From Octopus vulgaris (taxonomy: Eukaryota): a stretch of DNA of 64,000 bases. Numbering within the stretch: position 1 is the first letter of the stretch; each line of letters starts with the position of its first letter. The notes beneath the pieces were generated by a model. It had not been told where the DNA came from. It did no database searches and saw nothing but the letters and a program-made list of their open reading frames with translations. Shown here piece by piece: positions 56,037 through 64,000 of the stretch. The position numbers and the translations under genes are program-made. The DNA is taken from assembly GCA_951406725.2 (NCBI GenBank), contig OX597818.1, forward strand, positions 81,158,001 to 81,222,000. Direction: 5' to 3'.

Positions 56037-57356
56037 GTATATAAATATATATATATATATATATATACGCGCGCTTACGCACCCTGGTTCGGCCTGGTCA
56101 TCGTTATTATCTCCATTCCACTCAGCCTCTCTTAATCCCTTCACATTTTATCTCTGCTTTTTTCTCTATTTTCTGTTGAAGAGCATTTGTTCCAAACGTC
56201 AAAGACCTTTCCATTCTTCCCGAGCGTTAAACTAATACACCTGCTCGTTGAACCTTCACCTGTCTATGTCTTTTGTTTTCTGTTAATTTGAACTACACAC
56301 ACACACAAACACACACACACACATTTTTAACAGAAAATAAAGGAATTCCTCTAAGTCAGGATGGCTGTGGACCAGCTTAGATAATCGGGTCAATACCCTT
56401 AAGTAAGAAATGGGGAAAAGGTGATCAGTAAGCCTCTACAGAGAATCGAACTCTGTACCTCTCAAATTCTGGCTGAATACCCTGTACTATTAAACTAAGA
56501 GACACATGGTATTAATTATCACTTTTTTATAACGTTAAAAAATAGGTTTTGGAATGTGACAACATTTTGTAAACAAACTTATGAGCGCCAGCTGAGTCAG
56601 TTTTCTACAGAAAATAAAGTAATTCCTTGAACGCAGGATGGATGTGAAGGCAGCTTAGGAAATCAGGTAAATGCTCTTTAGAAGACAGAAAAAAGTGGCC
56701 ACACATACCGGTAGAAGATATCGCTATGTTTTTGCATGGGTATATACGTCTGTGTGCATGTGTGTGTATGTGTGTAATTGTAAGTATGTGCATATGCATT
56801 AACTTTCCATTCCATCGCCATCATTTACTCATGTTTTGTGACAATAAATTGTTTTGGCATAATGAAAAAAAAAAAGAGAAAAAATTGTAATTTGGCGTCT
56901 CTCGTAATTGAACCACTGACCATTGCCCACAAATAAGCAGTTTCGTCCATTCAATCAACCTCTAACTAACCTTGGTTAAACAGCTCGAAACATCGCTTAA
57001 CATTATCCCTTACCTGTAAACTCATAGAGTTCTTACGTTTAATCATTAAGCAATAACCGTCCCAGCTGAATAATCTACCTTTATCATCGCAATCATCGTC
57101 ATCACCACCACCACAACCACCACCATTGCCATGACTACTGCTACCATCACCTCACTCTACGTCCACTCCACTCCACCACTTTTGTCACTTTTAACCTTCA
57201 ATCAACACTTCCACCGTTAAGAGAGCCATTTAGACAAGCTTTTGATGTCTTAATGAAAATCCTAACAGACCGTTTAATCTTTATTTAAAACATTATGCAT
57301 ATTGTGTAGATATGTATGTCTGTATGTATATGCGCACGTATGTGTATGTAGATATG

Positions 57357-57412
<56 letters not shown>

Positions 57413-57472
57413 CATACATACAAAAATTATATGCACGTATCTTTGTATGCATGTATGTATATATGTATGTGC

Positions 57473-57523
<51 letters not shown>

Positions 57524-57722
57524 CATACACACACATACTCACATACACATCTATATATATATATATGTGTGTGTGTGTATGTATTTGTATATAAGTATAG
57601 CCGTCCATTTAATTCAAATAATTTTCGTATATTTATATATAATTTATCTATTTTGTTGTATGACACACACACATATATATACATACATATACATATGTAT
57701 ACATATATATATATACCTACAC

Positions 57723-57805
<83 letters not shown>

Positions 57806-57952
57806 CGTCTGTCTGTCTGTCTCTCTCTCTCTCTCTGTCTATCTCTTTATGTATGTATGTATGTATGTATGTATGTATGTATGTATGTATGTATGTATGT
57901 ATGTATCTATCTATCTATCTATCTTTTTATCTCTTTTTCTATCTATCTATTC

Positions 57953-58116
<164 letters not shown>

Positions 58117-59324
58117 CTCTCTCTCTATATATTTATTTACCTATTCTGCTAATTTCTCGAGCTGTTGATTTCTGTTCCTTAAATATTATTTTATATTGTT
58201 TCGCTAAATATTTAGTTTTGTTCCTTTTTTGTTTTTATAGTTGTCAATGCTGTAATCTCTTATCGTCTTGGCAAAGAATTAAGTTCCCATAAAACCATTT
58301 TTTAGAAATTCAATTATGTTTTACTTTTGCCTTTGATATTCAAAATAAAATGAAAAAATAATTCTTGTTCTGTGTTTTTCATTCTTTCATTTGTAAATAT
58401 AAAAAGTTGTTGATTTATTGCCGATTAAAATCAACTTTTATTGAAAATTGCATTATTTAAAAAAAATTATTGTTTAAATTTCTTTTTAGACTTAAAAATG
58501 CGTGTATGGTGTGTATGTGGGGTTATTAATAATCCGTAATATCCTTGTCATAATTAATATTAGTACGGTAGACAACTTAAACCCAAACATTGGTCTGTCA
58601 TGACCTATGTCTGGGACGTATAAAGCAGGAGCTTAAATTAGATTCGATTGTGCACAAATGACTAAGATTACAACATGCCTCGTTGAACTGGGCGCCAGTC
58701 CACCGGAATGTTAACTTCCCAGCTATCGCTGGAATTCATTAACAACTGACTGGATTGGAGCGATGTGAAATGAAGTGTTTTGCTCAAGGACACAACTCAG
58801 TGACAGGTTCAGGAATCAAAATTACGTTCTTTCGATTGTGAGTGCAACACTCTCACCTCGTGCGTTTACTATGGTGGACGAGTTTTTAGGCAAAATATTG
58901 AGGATAGATACTTTCCTTTTCGGTGGAACCGTCGTCAACTTTCAAGTACCACTTCAAGAGAAATGTACAGGTGAAAACGACGTATTGACCTCCTGTAAAT
59001 TTGCTGAAAAATAAATGAGGTGGGGGGCAAATATGGTAGAAAAGAATATATTGGAGCTGCAGACTTGGATCAAGCGAAAACCAAGACTGGGTGCCTAGCA
59101 CTAAGAATTTTGGTAGAGGCTTGCACAACTCTATCACTCGGATAATAAGTTCTGTGATGCTTCCACGTTAACATTCTATGGAAGACTAGTGATGAGTAAA
59201 TACACACACACACACGTGTATGTATGTGTGTGTATATATATATATATATATGTGTATATATATATATATATACACATATACATACATACATACATACATA
59301 CAAGTTTGGAATAATATTCCCTCA

Positions 59325-59430
<106 letters not shown>

Positions 59431-60326
59431 GAGAGAGAGCGAGAAAGAAAGGGAGAGTGGGAAAGAGAGGGAGAGAGAAATAATGATGCAAATAAACAAA
59501 TAGTTTTTGTTTATTTGCATCATTATCTCCATATCTGCTTACTTGGATTTCTTTTATAGCCACTCTTTACCCCACGGACTTGGTCCTCGATAACGACTTC
59601 GGAGTGTAAGTTCAAATCACTTGAGCGCTACAAAATGCTTTCTATATTGAGCATCGCTGGATCTCGTCTATCGACTCTTTTTCTCTCCCTCTCTGTTTGT
59701 CTCTGTCTCTCTGTCTTTACCTCAGTCTGTCTGTCTGTTTGTCTGTCCCTTTCTCTCTCTCTATATATATATATATTTATGTATGCACGTATGTGTATAT
59801 ATACACTTTGTAAATGTAATTAAGATTAAAAGATAGTAAAAATACAACCCAGGAGGAACAAGTTTTAATGAACACTGAATTAGATAAAGAGTGTATGCTT
59901 GTACTTGTATCTATGTGTATATGCATGTAGGAAAACGAATATGACCCATTCATGTGTATGTTGCTAAAACGCTTTAAGACGGTTTCTTTATATCTACAGA
60001 ATCTTCACACAATTCACGAACAGATTTCAAATTCAGTATGGATTTTTATTTCTATGAAATTGTGTTCGCCTTATGTTGCTATTTTAATTGCTGATGCATT
60101 AAATATTTCAATTTCTGGTGTCTACAACATATGACATACATAATAGGCGAAAGCGGGACTTCATATGTAAGAAGGTTGCTTCTCGACCATGTGGTCTTCG
60201 TTTAGTCTCATTGAGTGGCACCTTCGGCTAGTGTCTTCTCCTATAGCGCCAGGCCGGCTAAACTTTTTCAGTGGATTTATAAGAAGGAAATTGAAAGAAG
60301 TCCGTCGTGCATGAGTGTGTGTTTAT

Positions 60327-60362
<36 letters not shown>

Positions 60363-60595
60363 ATTCTTTTATTTGTCATTTGACTGCGGTCAAATGACAC
60401 ACAATTGAGGTTATAAACCACTACAAATAATGCAATAAGATGAGGTTTCAAACCCTCTAACGAAGCTTTTTCACTTTCTATTCATCGATATATCCATCAA
60501 TATATCCATCATTATCTTCAATGCCGCTTGAGTTCCTGTACCCCGCCATGGGGAATGGTGGGGAACAGGAACTACGAAATTGTGAGCATATGCAC

Positions 60596-61348
60596 ACGTG
60601 AGGTTTGGTGCATTCATGATTACATGTGTAGCGCGTGATCGTCGCATTGACCATGACAGAAAAGTTGTCGTGGTGATACCCGCTCAGAGGCCTACGCAAA
60701 GTTGCAGAAAGTGTATGGAGAGGAGTGTTTGAGCTACACACAAGTGTACGAGTGGTTTAGACGTTTCCAAGATGGCCAAAAAATGTGAATAGTGACAAAC
60801 GTTTTGGGAGACTCGCAACCAGCAGAACTGAGAAAAACATCGCAGAGGTGCGTGCAGCAGTGAGGGAAAATCGTCGATTCACCATCAATGAGTTATCAGA
60901 GGATGTGCAGATTAGTAACGGTTCAGTTCAATCCATTTTCACTGAAGATTTGGGTATGAGACGCGTGTCTGCCAAGTTTGTGCCAAAACTGCTTTCAGCT
61001 GACCAAAAGGACATTCGGGTTTCTGTTGCACGAGATCTCCTTGATTGTGTCGATAACGATAAAAACTTTTTGAAAACTTTGCGTAGGCCTCTGAGCAGGT
61101 ATCGCCAAGTTTTTGGCAAACTTTGATGCAGATCCTCTGCTTAACTGGCTTTATCATTGTCAATGCGACGACCACACGTTACACACATTCCTTCCAAGCA
61201 CTGCCGTAAACAGCGGAAGTGTGCTAGAACGTTAGAACTTAGTGCGCACGCACAGCAGAGTTGAAGGTCAATCTGTGTAAAGCGGTTTTACTCTGCGTGC
61301 TTTAGCTTCGTTACTATGACAACAGTCCGGATACTTATTAATCAGACC

Positions 61349-61352
<4 letters not shown>
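60596..61352 (+). mobile_element. Second mariner-derived foldback copy
   Basis: VYEWFRRFQDG...ENRRFTINELSEDVQISNGSVQSIFTEDLGMRRVSAKFVPKLL. It has the same internal junction as 51963-52833, and the right TIR cagtccggatacttattaatcagaccatg is followed by TA. Confidence 0.85.
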
Positions 61353-61397
<45 letters not shown>

Positions 61398-61404
61398 TAT
61401 ATAC

Positions 61405-61887
61405 CCAGACCTATTCACCATTTATAAGGAGTGGGTAGACACAAGATACACACCAGGCATTTCATTCATTTCCCAGCTCAAAGAGGCCAGCCCCGTTCTA
61501 TGCTCGGGTCAAGGCATAGAATGCAACCCCCATTATTAGCAGCGGGGCCCGACAGCGTATGCTGGTTTACCCCCGCCGCATCATGCTGGTTCCGTATCCC
61601 CTTTGAGCAGCATCAAATTCCATGTTTTCCTATCATTTATAAACTCTCTTGCCTCTCTCACTTCAACACCTCTAAACACCAAAACTTATCTCACTCCCTG
61701 CATCCACACAAACCAAGGCCAGCTCCTGGTCCTGCTACCTACCACTTCAGCCTTTATCACCCTCCTTACCACTCGCTCCTCATCCACCCTCTCCATGTGG
61801 CCAAAGCACCTCAAAATTCGTTTATCCATTTTGGTTGTTAGTTTTTTTCTCATTGCTGCTCGCCTTCGCACCTTTGTCATAAACACC

Positions 61888-61890
<3 letters not shown>
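61405..61890 (-). mobile_element. RTE LINE 3' end
   Basis: RILRCFGHMERVDEERVVRRVIKAEVVGSRTRSWPWFVWMQGV matches the L.WFGHV.RM...R.RGRP..W tail. It is flanked by (TA)n. Confidence 0.8.
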
Positions 61891-61977
<87 letters not shown>

Positions 61978-62182
61978 TAAGGGATTTCTCCAAACTTTAG
62001 ATATCCAAAATAGGTTATTCAACGGTTAACATATAAATCAATAATAATTCTCATAAGATAAGAATTTTGAAGCAGTAGAAAGATGTGAAGGGCTATTTGA
62101 AGTTGTGTATATATATATATAAAGGAATTAAAGGTAATGCTGACGCTACTTCGTAAGAATCCTTATTATTATTGATATTATA

Positions 62183-62267
<85 letters not shown>

Positions 62268-62269
<2 letters not shown>

Positions 62270-62835
62270 GAGTGAGAGAACAGTGCATGCCATCAAAGTG
62301 ACACTGGGGTAAAATATACAAAGCCCAGTATACCCATCATGACTACCTGTCTGATAAGTGTACACTAGGCACATGCATCACAACCATATGTGCGCGACAT
62401 GGTGTTCTCATCAAGATAAACAGCACATGACCTTGAAGGTGGGGCCCAGTTAGAATTTTCTTCTGGTCGAGTAACCCATCCCACTCAAACGGTCCCTGAA
62501 TAAGGGTTGTTTAAGGATGTTGAACAAAACACCCATGTTTTCAGTGGTTAATTATTCAAACCCCAAAGAATCCCTCTCAACACATGGCTATGATGCACCC
62601 CAACTACTTCTGCACGTGATCAGAGATACACATATCGTCAGCCACTAAGGGACATGCTCAACTGGTTACGGTCAAACAACTGACAATCAAATCTGTGGTA
62701 TTGAGCAGAATATTTGCTGTAGCCTATCTTTTATACCAAGACAAACCAATGTACATGTTAACACTTCCAATCAGTTAAGATCAGAAGCCATGAGAGCCAC
62801 TGCCTGGTACTGCATCAGGGCATTTATTACTTTTA
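62268..62835 (-). mobile_element. Family E non-coding element, longest copy (~560 bp)
   Basis: Bounded on both sides by (ATT)n, with no ORF of note and three shorter copies elsewhere. Confidence 0.85.
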
Positions 62836-62836
62836 A

Positions 62837-62911
<75 letters not shown>

Positions 62912-63019
62912 TATTATTATTAAATATATATGTATATAATAATAAATAGATAGATGCATAGTTGACTAGTTGGCTGGCTGCCTGGCTGGATATAACAGAC
63001 ATAAAATATGCAGGAATGC

Positions 63020-63171
<152 letters not shown>

Positions 63172-63766
63172 GTCTGTCTGTCTGTCTGCCTGCCTGTCTG
63201 TCTGTCTGTCTGTCTGTCTATCTGTCTGCCTGCCTGTCTGTCTGTCTGTCTGTCTGTTTCCCAACTGTACTCTGAGTATTCAAATTAAACAGAAATCCCT
63301 ATTCTCTAGCCACTCGCCGTATTTTATTCTTTTTCTGTCAGTTTTCTCCTTTCACACTAATTTACTTTCTTCTATAATTTCCACCTCATGCAGCGCCTGC
63401 ATCCGAAACGTTAAGTCTTTCCCGTCTCTGCTTAAGCATTAAACTATTAAAGTATCTGGGGAAAATTATTCCTCCTATACTGTCTTGTTTTTCTTCGCGT
63501 CTTTAACTTCATAATCAAATTGTATACTATCTCAATACATGTAGAAGTGTTATCATCTTGTTTTACTCCAATTATCTGCAACGAATCGGAAACGTGAAAC
63601 TCAGAGTTGTCATTTGTGAAATTTCAACTTCAAATAAATAATTTTAAATTACTTTACTTTGCTGTACAGAGTTCCTTTTTTTCTTTGAACTGTTTACTTT
63701 GATGTGTGCGTGTCTATGTCTTTACATACATACATACAAACACATAGGTGCGTAGACCCATACATG

Positions 63767-63800
<34 letters not shown>

Positions 63801-64000
63801 TAAATATAAATATATATATATATATGTGTGTATATATATGTATACGTATATTTATATGTATGCATGTGAGTATATATACATATACATACATGCACACACA
63901 TACATACACACATATATATAAATATGAATATATATATGCATATAGATGTATGTATATATGTATATATGTGTATATATATGTATATATATGTATGTATGTG

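Noticed and set aside
59470-59530. Small hairpin (ataatgatgcaaataaacaaa / tttgtttatttgcatcattat), also 21645-21672, as pre-miRNA
   Set aside because: Short perfect AT-rich inverted repeats are common here, and there is no expression or conservation evidence.

Overview
This is an AT-rich, microsatellite-saturated eukaryotic window, intronic or intergenic. The repeat families (tRNA-SINEs with internal (TA)n, Nin-domain-type SINEs, (AAT)n-embedded R4/Dong LINEs) suggest a cephalopod (Octopus-like) genome, which is inference. I found no convincing host protein-coding exon, and almost all listed ORFs are microsatellite artefacts. The real coding remnants are all decayed transposons: several R4/Dong-clade RLE LINEs (33-48 kb), two RTE 3' ends, a maT-like Tc1/mariner, two foldback mariner derivatives, a Buster/Charlie hAT and a Penelope-like (GIY-YIG) element. 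The least obvious signal is an unusual density of self-cleaving-ribozyme-like RNAs. More than ten type I hammerhead motifs from apparently unrelated families occur, many inside long palindromes between (TA)n tracts, and include compensatory U3-A8 and U4C core variants. One TSD-flanked tRNA-head + hammerhead element sits inside a maT transposase. An HDV-like fold with an enlarged L3 loop lies at the exact 5' end of a Dong LINE. All folds were paired by eye and no searches were run.
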